64,000 bases of DNA, from the IMG/VR virus record IMGVR_UViG_3300042445_000748, positions 27,553 through 91,552 of that record; one strand, given 5' to 3'. Of this stretch, positions 40,631-50,374 are shown in pieces; the stretch's first letter is position 1, and each line of letters begins with the position of its first letter. Below the pieces are notes generated by a model, which was not told the origin of the DNA, did not search any database, and was given only the letters and a program-made list of their open reading frames with translations. The position numbers and the translations under genes were made by a program. This DNA is from a virus.

Positions 40631-42226
40631 CTACTTTGAAGATCTACCCTCGCCCTTTGGATTTCTGCCACTTACAGTTGCAGATCCATCAGACTGATTG
40701 TTAAGTCTTTCGCCATCTCTTGCACGGTTAGCATCATTATTCATAGTCTCTGGTTTGGCTACAAAAGGTTCGTCTCCACCGTCTCTTTGTGGAAGACCCA
40801 GTGCTACTCTTGCCTCATTAGGCATCATAATCTGTGTTTTTACATATCTTTCAAGAATTTGTGATTGTGCTATTTCATCTGTCAAAGTAAGTTCATTAAA
40901 CTTAAACTCTAGTATGTCTTGTTTCTCGCGTATAATCTTATTAATTTGTTTTTCTAGTTGAGCCTGTGCTGGTCTGGCTACCTGCTCTTTAAATGTTCTA
41001 TCTTGAGCCAATGCTGCTGCAATTGCCCCTGAGTCTGATCCACCTAGTTTTGAAAGCGGTACTTGATGTGCTACCAAGATGTCATCACGGTTTTGTTTTC
41101 TATATTCCTTAAATGATCCCTCTTGTACTCCAGATTCAATAGGCTCCATCTTAAACTCTACCTTGTTATTTTCTGTATCTCCAGGAAGAGGTATGTACAA
41201 AGTTCTATGGTTTTGACCCTTTAATCCAGTTTGTAAAAATCTAAACATCTTATCTTCTGCGTCTGCAGATAGTTTGGCACCTTTCATGGTTACTACGTAT
41301 CTTGGAACTGCCTTGTTACCAAAGTAGTCAATGTTGTATTGTGAAGCCAGTTGATCACCGTGTAGAGATGATATTGCTGAAATAATGTCTGGAACACCAT
41401 AGAATGTGTTTAATGGTGAGTATTGTTTAAAATGAATAATTTCGTTTGGTCTACGATCTTCAGTTACTGGGTTTGAATTTGTAGCACCAAAGTTTCTAAA
41501 GTAAACTACCTTGTTTGCAATAACCTGTACGAATCCATCTCTTAGTCTGCGACAACGCATTGTGGTTGCTGGAATATGACCAACGTATCCAATTTCACCA
41601 CGAGTGGTTCTACCAATTTCCATGTATCCATTACCAATTGCTTGAACATCTGTGTATATCTTTTCCATTGTTGTGGTAAAAGAGTCATCTGCGTTTAAAC
41701 TTTCTAGCCAATCACGTAACTCTACTTTTGCTCTTTCAATTCTGTTTCTTGCACGACTTACTGATTCGTCATTTGAGGAATTCTCTAATTTAAGCATTGT
41801 TCTTTTTGATATATCAAAATCATATCCCAAACCTACAATATTTTCAACCTTAGCATCAATAGCAGCGTGGTTTGCAAAAGATGTGTCATAGTAGTTGGCA
41901 AGTTCATAAACATTCCATGGTGGTGTGATTACGTCAAATAGTCCATAACCATTTCTAAATACGTTACCAGGATTTATCTGATTAGAGCGAGCACCATCAA
42001 TACCTTGTGGAACTGCGATTGATCTGTCAATATAAGATTGTTGGGTTGTATCTACTAGAGCCTTGGACATTCTTGCTGCACGACGTTTAAAGTTATTATC
42101 CAAACCAGAATAGTTTTTTAACTCTTCCCAGTTTTTACTAAATGGGTCTGAACTAGCAAATGCATTTACTGCTTGTTCGTTCTCATCTATCCTAGCACCA
42201 ATAACATAGTTAAATTCTTCACTCAT
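40631..42226 (-). CDS. Portal protein
   Basis: GNGYMEI, NEIIHFK, FYGVPDI, YFGNKAVP, ILVAHQVP, MPNEAR...LGL; upstream of protease and capsid. Confidence 0.92.
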   Translation of the reverse strand: MSEEFNYVIGARIDENEQAVNAFASSDPFSKNWEELKNYSGLDNNFKRRAARMSKALVDTTQQSYIDRSIAVPQGIDGARSNQINPGNVFRNGYGLFDVITPPWNVYELANYYDTSFANHAAIDAKVENIVGLGYDFDISKRTMLKLENSSNDESVSRARNRIERAKVELRDWLESLNADDSFTTTMEKIYTDVQAIGNGYMEIGRTTRGEIGYVGHIPATTMRCRRLRDGFVQVIANKVVYFRNFGATNSNPVTEDRRPNEIIHFKQYSPLNTFYGVPDIISAISSLHGDQLASQYNIDYFGNKAVPRYVVTMKGAKLSADAEDKMFRFLQTGLKGQNHRTLYIPLPGDTENNKVEFKMEPIESGVQEGSFKEYRKQNRDDILVAHQVPLSKLGGSDSGAIAAALAQDRTFKEQVARPAQAQLEKQINKIIREKQDILEFKFNELTLTDEIAQSQILERYVKTQIMMPNEARVALGLPQRDGGDEPFVAKPETMNNDANRARDGERLNNQSDGSATVSGRNPKGEGRSSK

Positions 42227-42621
42227 TATTCTTCATCACCGTATTTAGCAATTGTTGCTTTGGCTGCTGCCACTGCACCAAGATCATTAAGGTTAGGAAT
42301 TAATCCTGCTTTCATTCTATCTACTTGTTCGGAATACTCTTCGTCTGATACTCTTCCCATACCTGGAAAAAATACAGCCTCTCCATCTGGTTCTCCATAA
42401 TATGCTGCTGTCTTTTTTATTTCGGCTAAAGCGGCAATATCGTGTTTTACGGCTGGTATATTTAAAATATTACCCTCTCCATCAGTAAACCACTTACCGT
42501 TGGCTCTTTTCCAAACATAAACGCCCCAATCATAGTTCTTTTCAATAAAGGTTATCTTAGAGTCGCCAATCTGGCCTTTCATACGAGGTTTTCTTTTTTT
42601 GTTTGGATTTTGATTATTCAT
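42226..42621 (-). CDS. Hypothetical protein upstream of portal
   Basis: The ATG at 42621 lies 7 nt after TGGTATACT, so it is likelier than 42627. Confidence 0.7.
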   Translation of the reverse strand: MNNQNPNKKRKPRMKGQIGDSKITFIEKNYDWGVYVWKRANGKWFTDGEGNILNIPAVKHDIAALAEIKKTAAYYGEPDGEAVFFPGMGRVSDEEYSEQVDRMKAGLIPNLNDLGAVAAAKATIAKYGDEE

Positions 42622-42639
42622 AACCATTAGTATACCATA

Positions 42640-45600
42640 TTATGTTGGATTGAGGATATATTGTTGCCACGAAGAACCAATATGAATAGGATTATCGTAA
42701 CTTTGTGTCAACAACTGTCTTTCTCCATCATTTCCAACAATAATTTTGTTAGTTCCCATGTATGTTCTGTAAATATTTGAAGAAGTATCTCCAAAATCTG
42801 AAGAAGATGTCTTAATTAATACACCAAACCACAAATATCCCTCATTCCAAAAATCCCAGTCAAAGTCAAATGGATCTTCTGATCCAAGGACGTATTGCTG
42901 TTTTACCTCATCCCAAATTCTAGTGATAGACGACTGTTTTTGTTGTAAGCCAGTTAACTTATAATATGATATGTGGTTATAAACTAATGGACCATTTAAG
43001 TTTATGGATCCAGTAAAGGAATTAAATGTTAGGGAGTTTGCAAAAGATATGCTTAAAAAATACCAGTTTTTATTATCAATTACAGGATTGGCTACCAAAA
43101 CACCATTTAAATAATAAGATATTCCATTTTGTAATTGACCAGTTTTTGAATCTACTGCGTATATTTTTGCCCTTTGTCCAGAGTTACCATTTGCAACAAT
43201 GTAAAAAATAATAGATGAGTTAACTGTATTTACTTGAAATATTTGAGTTGGGGTGTATGTAAAATTACTGGTATCACTTTTAATTGCAATCTGAACAGTA
43301 GATACAGAAAATTTAACATCTTTGTTTTCATTTATTGGCATACTGATACCTCTATTTTGATAAGAGTTAAAATCTCCCTTTAACTTTATTCCAGAATACC
43401 TTGTTAGATGTAGGTATGGATTAGATTTTTTATAAATGCTAATTGGATTTTTACCAGTATAATCATCATATATTCCATTTTTAATATATGGATACAGTTT
43501 ACTACCAGATTTTGTATTAATGGGTGTAGAGGCGTTTTGATTTAAAGATCTAGATGTTAATTCTAGACTTTTAATTTTTATTTTTCTATTGACAGTTGAC
43601 CTTATATTAAAATTTAGATGTACTGATATAGCCAAATCTTCAAAACTTACCAGCGATGGAGGGTATATAATAGTATCATTTTCTACTAAAAATATTGTGT
43701 TTTGCCAGTCTGGATAATTATCAAGATCTAATATTCCACTTTTTAATGCTGGTGCAATTTTTGTAAAGGATTCAAATTTTTTATTTATTCCTGTATTTAT
43801 AAACTGAAAAGATACATATGATTTTACTAATGAGTTTATAGAATCATACTCATAACTTAAATCTGATCTATTATACTTCAAGTCATCATAATTGTTATAT
43901 CCTGTAAAAAGAGAATTATCTAAAACTTCGTATGTTTGCTGTATAGGAAGTGCAAATGCGTTTGCCAATTCAGAATAGAGCCATCCATCAGCATCTTCAA
44001 CTACCTTAAAAATAGATGGTGAGGGAAAGTTAATATTGTATTGAATATAGTCTAAACTATACTCCTTATTGCCAGATGAATTTGTTATATATTTTGCAAA
44101 ATATTTTAATGGAACATAATCTTCCCAATATCCAGAAATGCCCACATCTAGGTAATATTTATTATATCTTACGGTTGGACTTAAAGTATAACTTGCTAAA
44201 TCATACAGCATGTGGCTATGAATATTTCCATTATCTTCAAGTATTCCATTGTTTTGAAAATGCGTAGCAAATAACTTATGATTGTTTTTTGTTGAGAATC
44301 CAAATCTATACATCTGTTTATTAAAACAAGAGTTATTGTTGTCGTTATTTAAAAGTATTAACTTTAAAGCATTTTTATTTCCAAAAAAAGTAGCAGTATC
44401 TTTTCCAAATTTTGATATTATTGTTTCTAGGTCAACACCAATTTCTATATATTGATCTACTAAGTATTCAGTTTGATGTAAAGTTGTCTCCACCCCAGAT
44501 ACATTAATTTTATAGAATATGTCTCCAGTATCTGTTGTATATATCGTAAAGAAATCTAAATTATTTTTATTTTTAATCATAACAAGTGTTGAGTTTAGTA
44601 AAGAGTTTGTCTTAAATATTCCGTGAAAAGACTTAATGTCATCCTTTAAAATATTAAAATTTTCAAACACAAAAGAACCGTTTTGATCTATAAAACTTGA
44701 AAATGCATAATCTTCATTTTGCAATGCGTATAACTCGCTATACCAACTATTGATATTTTCAACATTTATAACTGGTAAAGAATATTCTGGATTGCTTAAA
44801 TAACTACTTGTTACATCTATATTATCTAATTTACCCTGTTGCCATTTTCCAATATTAGGATATTCATAGTTTGTTCCATAGTTAGAAAATGAATAATCTA
44901 TGAATGCTGACTTACCGCTATATGCAGAATCTATTGACTCAAAAGATTTAACTGCTTGTCCATACACCCATCTCTTTTTTGCAATTATTTCTGGAATAAC
45001 ATATGGATATATTGCAAAACAATCTAATTCAAATGGATACACATCTGTATAGCAATAAAAGCCTAGCCAATCTTGATCTTTATCAGATTCGTCTAATTTA
45101 GGTAACAATAAAATTGTTGAATTATCTATATCAATATCAAGAACTTTTTCTCCATTTAAAAATAAAAATACTTTATTTTCAGAATAAACTATTTGAATTA
45201 ACATTGGTCTTGACCATTCACCCACATATGTAGATTTAAAATTATCTCCAACAACCAGTGTTAAAAAACAATCATCAGCATATAAACCATCATTAGAGTT
45301 AATTGGTCCAAATATTTTTTTGCTCTCTAGTGTGTCAACACCAAGCCTTAACCACATTTCTACAGTATATGTATTATATCTGCCAGACTCATTTAAAAAT
45401 CCAAAACCTGGAAATATAATAGATGGTTTTGCTGTTTCATCTTCATTTATGTTAGGAAATAACTTAGTAACATTTGATGCACCGTAGACAAGTGGTACCC
45501 CAAAATTTTGTGCACATATTTTATTATTATTTACTAAATAATATCCATAATTTGTGTCTGATCCGTATGATTTTGCAACAATACCTTCTGATGATTCTAT

Positions 45601-46239
45601 TGATATTTCGGTAGGAATAGAAATTTTTTCTGAGCCCATAGAGTAATTATTAAACTCTTCAGACCATTGACCTAAAGATAATCCATTAAGTAAAAATTCA
45701 TAATCTTCGCTTCCAGACAAACTAGGAGAATACCCTATTTTAATAACTATTTGCATTGTTGTATTTTGATCAATGTGTTTAAATGTTTCTGATAACAAAA
45801 ACCATTTACCGCTTACTGATATTGGTACATTTTTTAAAACTTCAACTACCTCACTAGTATTTACATCTGTATATTTAAATCCTATTGCTACAGAACTTAG
45901 ATGTAAACTATTTGAATAAAAATAACAAGATAGGGCAAATGTGTCTAAGTTTGTGTCAAAATCTAAAAAGTTTATTATATTGTTGCTAGTTAGTGTGGCA
46001 ACTTTGCTTACTGTAGTTGATGGTATTCCAACTACCTTATATAGGGATTCACTTATAAATGGCTGAGTGCTTAAACTTGATTCTTCTGAAACAGTTCCAT
46101 CAGTTATATCCCAAAGACTAACATCCTTATCTGTGTTATTCAATAACATCAAATAATCTGATTTATCGTCTAGTGCCCATAGTGCTACTGGATGCTCTGA
46201 AAAAATTTTTTCTGCATAAAGATTTGATGGGTTAGACAT
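42640..46239 (-). CDS. Large virion protein with LamG/ConA-like domains
   Basis: N-terminal YAEKIFSEHPVALWALDD; YTVEMWL and NKNWYFLSISF LamG-like strands; 1199 aa. Confidence 0.55.
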   Translation of the reverse strand: MSNPSNLYAEKIFSEHPVALWALDDKSDYLMLLNNTDKDVSLWDITDGTVSEESSLSTQPFISESLYKVVGIPSTTVSKVATLTSNNIINFLDFDTNLDTFALSCYFYSNSLHLSSVAIGFKYTDVNTSEVVEVLKNVPISVSGKWFLLSETFKHIDQNTTMQIVIKIGYSPSLSGSEDYEFLLNGLSLGQWSEEFNNYSMGSEKISIPTEISIESSEGIVAKSYGSDTNYGYYLVNNNKICAQNFGVPLVYGASNVTKLFPNINEDETAKPSIIFPGFGFLNESGRYNTYTVEMWLRLGVDTLESKKIFGPINSNDGLYADDCFLTLVVGDNFKSTYVGEWSRPMLIQIVYSENKVFLFLNGEKVLDIDIDNSTILLLPKLDESDKDQDWLGFYCYTDVYPFELDCFAIYPYVIPEIIAKKRWVYGQAVKSFESIDSAYSGKSAFIDYSFSNYGTNYEYPNIGKWQQGKLDNIDVTSSYLSNPEYSLPVINVENINSWYSELYALQNEDYAFSSFIDQNGSFVFENFNILKDDIKSFHGIFKTNSLLNSTLVMIKNKNNLDFFTIYTTDTGDIFYKINVSGVETTLHQTEYLVDQYIEIGVDLETIISKFGKDTATFFGNKNALKLILLNNDNNNSCFNKQMYRFGFSTKNNHKLFATHFQNNGILEDNGNIHSHMLYDLASYTLSPTVRYNKYYLDVGISGYWEDYVPLKYFAKYITNSSGNKEYSLDYIQYNINFPSPSIFKVVEDADGWLYSELANAFALPIQQTYEVLDNSLFTGYNNYDDLKYNRSDLSYEYDSINSLVKSYVSFQFINTGINKKFESFTKIAPALKSGILDLDNYPDWQNTIFLVENDTIIYPPSLVSFEDLAISVHLNFNIRSTVNRKIKIKSLELTSRSLNQNASTPINTKSGSKLYPYIKNGIYDDYTGKNPISIYKKSNPYLHLTRYSGIKLKGDFNSYQNRGISMPINENKDVKFSVSTVQIAIKSDTSNFTYTPTQIFQVNTVNSSIIFYIVANGNSGQRAKIYAVDSKTGQLQNGISYYLNGVLVANPVIDNKNWYFLSISFANSLTFNSFTGSINLNGPLVYNHISYYKLTGLQQKQSSITRIWDEVKQQYVLGSEDPFDFDWDFWNEGYLWFGVLIKTSSSDFGDTSSNIYRTYMGTNKIIVGNDGERQLLTQSYDNPIHIGSSWQQYILNPT

Positions 46240-46260
46240 AGGTTCTCCTAGTCTATTTTA

Positions 46261-46791
46261 TCACACAATACGTGTAAACCAACGAGGTAATGTAAACCTT
46301 ATTCCCTTAGTTATTGGCTTAACTCCATGAATAAAGTTTGGGTTATCTGGAAAACACAAAAGATCTCCAGGCTCTGGCTTAAAGGACATTTCATATTTTG
46401 GAAAATATATGTCTCCTCCATCATAATCATTATTTAAATAAACCAATGTTGCTATGTCATTTGGCCTTGATGAATCAAAATGTTCGTGCATACCTTTTCC
46501 TTCAATAAATTTTGCAACATGTGTTTTTTCGTCAATAAAATCTTCAAACTTAAAACTATAACTTTTTAATACAAAGTCATAAACCTTGCGTGCAACATCT
46601 TGAATTTTGTTAAGAATTTCAGGATCTAGCCCTTGTATTTCATGATATGTATGAACCGTAAACTCTTGCTCTCCATTTCCATAATTTGAAAATAGATCAG
46701 TATATTTTTTTGCATATTCTGTCACTAGAACTGTTTCTTCAAGGTTCATAAAACCTGGAACATATTTAATTTGAGATTTAAAGTCTTCCAT
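46261..46791 (-). CDS. Prolyl-4-hydroxylase-like 2OG-Fe(II) oxygenase
   Basis: HEHFDS (HxD), ATLVYLNNDYDGGDIYFP, HGVKPITKGIRFTL. Confidence 0.88.
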   Translation of the reverse strand: MEDFKSQIKYVPGFMNLEETVLVTEYAKKYTDLFSNYGNGEQEFTVHTYHEIQGLDPEILNKIQDVARKVYDFVLKSYSFKFEDFIDEKTHVAKFIEGKGMHEHFDSSRPNDIATLVYLNNDYDGGDIYFPKYEMSFKPEPGDLLCFPDNPNFIHGVKPITKGIRFTLPRWFTRIV

Positions 46792-46793
46792 AT

Positions 46794-48824
46794 TTAACCT
46801 ATCTTTATTTCACATACATCAGTAGTGCAGTATGCCTCACCCTGTGCTTCTAGATTTTCTACCCCATCGTAGATAGCGTCCCAGTTGATTTTAGCAATCT
46901 GTCCTACATAACTATTATACTCTTCTTCTGTAATTTCTGTATAAGGTTGTTGTGGATATACCGTGTTTCCCATAGGCAGGAATGATACCGCTTTTAATTG
47001 TCCTTCGTACATATGTAGTGCTGGAGCAACGTGTTTAGACTCTGTTTCTTTATCAAATGAAAGTGTTACAGACACTCCATTGTCAGACCAATATTTTTGA
47101 GCAGTTGCAGCAAGTGCAATTTTTTCAAAAAGGCTAACATCTTTTTCTGCTCTTTCATGTTCTGAAGCAATTGGAAAATATACAACCTTTGTATTTGCAG
47201 ATACAACATCATCTTCTATTTTATATCCAGCAGCCTTAAATAAATGAATCATAGGATCGGAGTCACCAAATCTAATTGCTCTCATAAAGAACTTTCCACC
47301 TGGACCCCAATGAACTCCTGGAGTTGCACCAGAAAGAATACTTACGCTGCCTGATGGCTTTACTGTTGTGACTCTTATTGATTCACGAACACAAAGCCAT
47401 TCTGAATATTGATGATCATATTTTTTAATATTCAAATATCCTTCGTCCATCCATTCACGAACTATAGGCAAACCATGTTTGTCTGAAAAGGAAGCAATAC
47501 CTGTAAGCGATGTTCCAATTCTTCTATTACGTTGCATAATTCCATTTGTTTGTTGCCAATGTGTTGGAACAAGAGTTACCGTTTTACCATAAAGATATGC
47601 AAACTTTAAAGTTCTTAAGAAATCTTCTTTATTTTCATGTCTATTTAAATGAACTTCAACTAATGTGCACAACTCGTATGATTCCAATGGTTGTTCAGCA
47701 CATGGGTTAAATCCCATTACTCTGTAGTCTTTTCCATCTGCTGGATCTTTTAATCTACCGTAATTTCTAGCAACATCTAACCAAATAAAACCTGGTTCTC
47801 CATTATTAACTATTAAATCTACATAGTCTTCATACTTAGTTCCAACTGTTGCTGAGATAGAGTTATTAGACATCCAAGCCCAACCTGGATTATCTGAATC
47901 AAATGAATTTCTTTCTGGAAAAACCTCTGCATTTTTTAAATTAATAAAATCTTTATCTCCAGCAGAACCTAGTGCTAAGGTTGCTGATCTACGAACATTT
48001 CCTGCAACTACACATGTTCCAATTAAGTTAACAATGTCTACTATTGCTCTGGCATCAAGTTTTTCACCAATTCTTCCACCAATCACCCTATTAATCTGAT
48101 TGTGTAATTTAATTAATGGTTCTGGTCCTGACGCTACCCCGCCAAATCCTTTAATTGGAGAGCCAAAAGGTCTTATTAATTCATAACTAAATTTTTGTTT
48201 TGCTTGACCTGTTCTTAGGTATGAGTTTAACAATAATCTAACAGACTCTACCCAACCTTCTCTGGTATCTGGAATTTCATAAATTGAATCAACTTCTGAT
48301 GGTGCATAGATTGAAAATTCTTTATCTTGTCCAACGGTATCAAATCCAACTCCAATACCAAGCATGAGAGCGTCCATAACCCACGCAAACAGTGCTCCTG
48401 GGTCGTTTCTATCAAGATCCTTAGTAGATACCATGGCACAGTTTTGAAGGGCTGCAGAGTTCCTTTTTTCCATTGTCATGGGGGTTCCAAAAGCCCACAT
48501 ACCACGACCTGGCGGTGTCCATTTAAGATTAAACATACGATCAAATGCTTCCTGAGCAGACTTTTGAGCCTTATAGTCATTCCAAGGTAGTCTATTTTCT
48601 TTTGCATGATTCTTTTGTACTGAATACATGCCTTCAATTACACGCTTACAAACTTCGTGCCATCTTTCTTTAGTTCCATCTTCTTTAACGCGGGAATAGG
48701 TTCTTATAAAAGTAATTTCACCTAATGAATTGTTTCCAGCATCGTTAAATCCAAATGGGCTATCCATGGTTGTGTATTTTGTTACAAAATCCTCTGGAAG
48801 TTTAAAACTAAAAAAGTCTGACAT
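46794..48824 (-). CDS. nrdJ: Class II (adenosylcobalamin-dependent) ribonucleotide reductase
   Basis: TYSR, PPGRG, NCA, GNVRRSA, NPCAEQ, CTL, TTVKPSG and a C-terminal CTTDVC; no NrdB partner in the window. Confidence 0.92.
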   Translation of the reverse strand: MSDFFSFKLPEDFVTKYTTMDSPFGFNDAGNNSLGEITFIRTYSRVKEDGTKERWHEVCKRVIEGMYSVQKNHAKENRLPWNDYKAQKSAQEAFDRMFNLKWTPPGRGMWAFGTPMTMEKRNSAALQNCAMVSTKDLDRNDPGALFAWVMDALMLGIGVGFDTVGQDKEFSIYAPSEVDSIYEIPDTREGWVESVRLLLNSYLRTGQAKQKFSYELIRPFGSPIKGFGGVASGPEPLIKLHNQINRVIGGRIGEKLDARAIVDIVNLIGTCVVAGNVRRSATLALGSAGDKDFINLKNAEVFPERNSFDSDNPGWAWMSNNSISATVGTKYEDYVDLIVNNGEPGFIWLDVARNYGRLKDPADGKDYRVMGFNPCAEQPLESYELCTLVEVHLNRHENKEDFLRTLKFAYLYGKTVTLVPTHWQQTNGIMQRNRRIGTSLTGIASFSDKHGLPIVREWMDEGYLNIKKYDHQYSEWLCVRESIRVTTVKPSGSVSILSGATPGVHWGPGGKFFMRAIRFGDSDPMIHLFKAAGYKIEDDVVSANTKVVYFPIASEHERAEKDVSLFEKIALAATAQKYWSDNGVSVTLSFDKETESKHVAPALHMYEGQLKAVSFLPMGNTVYPQQPYTEITEEEYNSYVGQIAKINWDAIYDGVENLEAQGEAYCTTDVCEIKIG

Positions 48825-48914
48825 TGATTTCTCCTAATTAAATGAAATTGAATAAGTACTAAGTATAGCAGAGTTTATTAAAATTAAAAACACTACTTTT
48901 ATTTTATTTGTGCG

Positions 48915-49043
48915 TTAGTGAAATGACATTGCTGTATGTTGTTTTGGACTGCAACGTTCACATGATGTATACGTATTTTTAGTATATGGACAAGTAGTTG
49001 AACTTATTTTGTGTCCAATAACAAAACAGATCAACTTATTCAT
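48915..49043 (-). CDS. Small DUF1660-like Cys/His protein (below ORF-track cutoff)
   Basis: Manual translation MNKLICFVIGHKISSTTCPYTKNTYTSCERCSPKQHTAMSFH; ATGA overlap with the upstream stop. Confidence 0.6.
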   Translation of the reverse strand: MNKLICFVIGHKISSTTCPYTKNTYTSCERCSPKQHTAMSFH

Positions 49044-49669
49044 GCTAGTGGAACCCAGTGTTGAAGTTCATCGCCGCTCATATACATTAGTGGAGAAACA
49101 TCATAAGCAAGTGTAATTCTTGGTTTATCAAAAGGCCAAGGACCTATTCCATGCGGATGTCCAGTTTCAGATAAAATAACTCTATTATTTTTATTTATAT
49201 TTTCAATTGGAGTTGCTTCATGTCCACCAATTTTATAATATGTAACAGATGGCTCTGCATCTATACAATAATATCCATGAAAATTGGGAATACCTTTTCC
49301 ACCTAAATGATCGTGATAATGATTATCTTCTTCAAGTGGTGGATTAACCATTGCGTCTGTATTAAACCAACCCTGCACCATATAGTGTTGTTTTTTAAAA
49401 TCAATGTTGTAGTATTCACATGCCTCAACTGTCAAATCTCTAATTGCAGAAAAAATATTGTGTATTGCTGGATTGTAACATTGAAAAACATTAAATTTAG
49501 TTCCTAAATGATGAACACCTTTTGTTGAGTCTGCATACTCTTTTGTTACTTTTGGATATATTCCAGCAAATAAATCTTTTTCAACTTTTAACAAATACCT
49601 AGACAGTCCAGTTAAATCATTTTGAATATACTTTTCAAAAAACTTATGTTTTGGTTTTTCATCTATCAT
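49040..49669 (-). CDS. Putative 2OG-Fe(II) oxygenase (2OG-FeII_Oxy_5/TIGR02466-like)
   Basis: QGWFN...HYHDH...FHGYYC...GHPHG...RITLAYDV. Start at 49669 (ATGA overlap). Confidence 0.65.
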   Translation of the reverse strand: MIDEKPKHKFFEKYIQNDLTGLSRYLLKVEKDLFAGIYPKVTKEYADSTKGVHHLGTKFNVFQCYNPAIHNIFSAIRDLTVEACEYYNIDFKKQHYMVQGWFNTDAMVNPPLEEDNHYHDHLGGKGIPNFHGYYCIDAEPSVTYYKIGGHEATPIENINKNNRVILSETGHPHGIGPWPFDKPRITLAYDVSPLMYMSGDELQHWVPLA

Positions 49670-50331
49670 ACTAATGGAATCCAATGCTGTTCATGTTCTT
49701 TGCCTACGTGTTTTAAGTCATCTAAAGTCATAACATCATATGCAACGGTAATTCTTGGACCTTCCCAATCCCAGTCTCCTTGAGCGTGTGGGTGTCCCAT
49801 TTCTGAAAATATAGCACGGTTATCTATGTTTTTATTTTCTATATCTTTACCAAAAACTCTATAATAAGTTGTAGATGGTTCTGCTTTTACGCAGTAATAT
49901 CCATGAAAGTTATCTGGAGCACCAGTATGACCATGATCATGCCAATTTAACTTACCTTTTGTTTTATGGTTAATATTAAACCATCCTTGTAACATAAATT
50001 TCTTTTTTTCAAAATCTATTTCATAATACTCACAAGCCTCTTTTGCCATATCTTGAATATTTTTATATAAGTTATATATGCCATCAATATGAAATTGAAA
50101 CACATTATATTCTCTCCATTTAACGGTAGAGACACTTCCAGATTCTTGCCAAAAGTCTTTAGAATTAACTGGTGTAATGCCGTCTAATTCTACTTTTTCA
50201 ATCATCTGATATCTATCAATTAACTCATTTGCTAAAATATCTAAATCATTATCTAGCGTTCTTTCAAAAAATTTATGTGGCTTTAAAGATTGACCAATAC
50301 CACGTAGTTCTGGTGGTGGACCTTGTTGCAT
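49666..50331 (-). CDS. Putative 2OG-Fe(II) oxygenase, paralog of the downstream gene
   Basis: QGWFN...WHDH...FHGYYC...GHPHA...RITVAYDV. Confidence 0.65.
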   Translation of the reverse strand: MQQGPPPELRGIGQSLKPHKFFERTLDNDLDILANELIDRYQMIEKVELDGITPVNSKDFWQESGSVSTVKWREYNVFQFHIDGIYNLYKNIQDMAKEACEYYEIDFEKKKFMLQGWFNINHKTKGKLNWHDHGHTGAPDNFHGYYCVKAEPSTTYYRVFGKDIENKNIDNRAIFSEMGHPHAQGDWDWEGPRITVAYDVMTLDDLKHVGKEHEQHWIPLV

Positions 50332-50374
50332 TTTTATCCTATCTGTTATATAGAATATTGTATCACACTAGACA

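Noticed and set aside
48825-48914. Cobalamin riboswitch upstream of nrdJ
   Set aside because: The gap is about 90 nt, AT-rich and contains a promoter about 40 nt from the start; there is no room or conserved B12-box.
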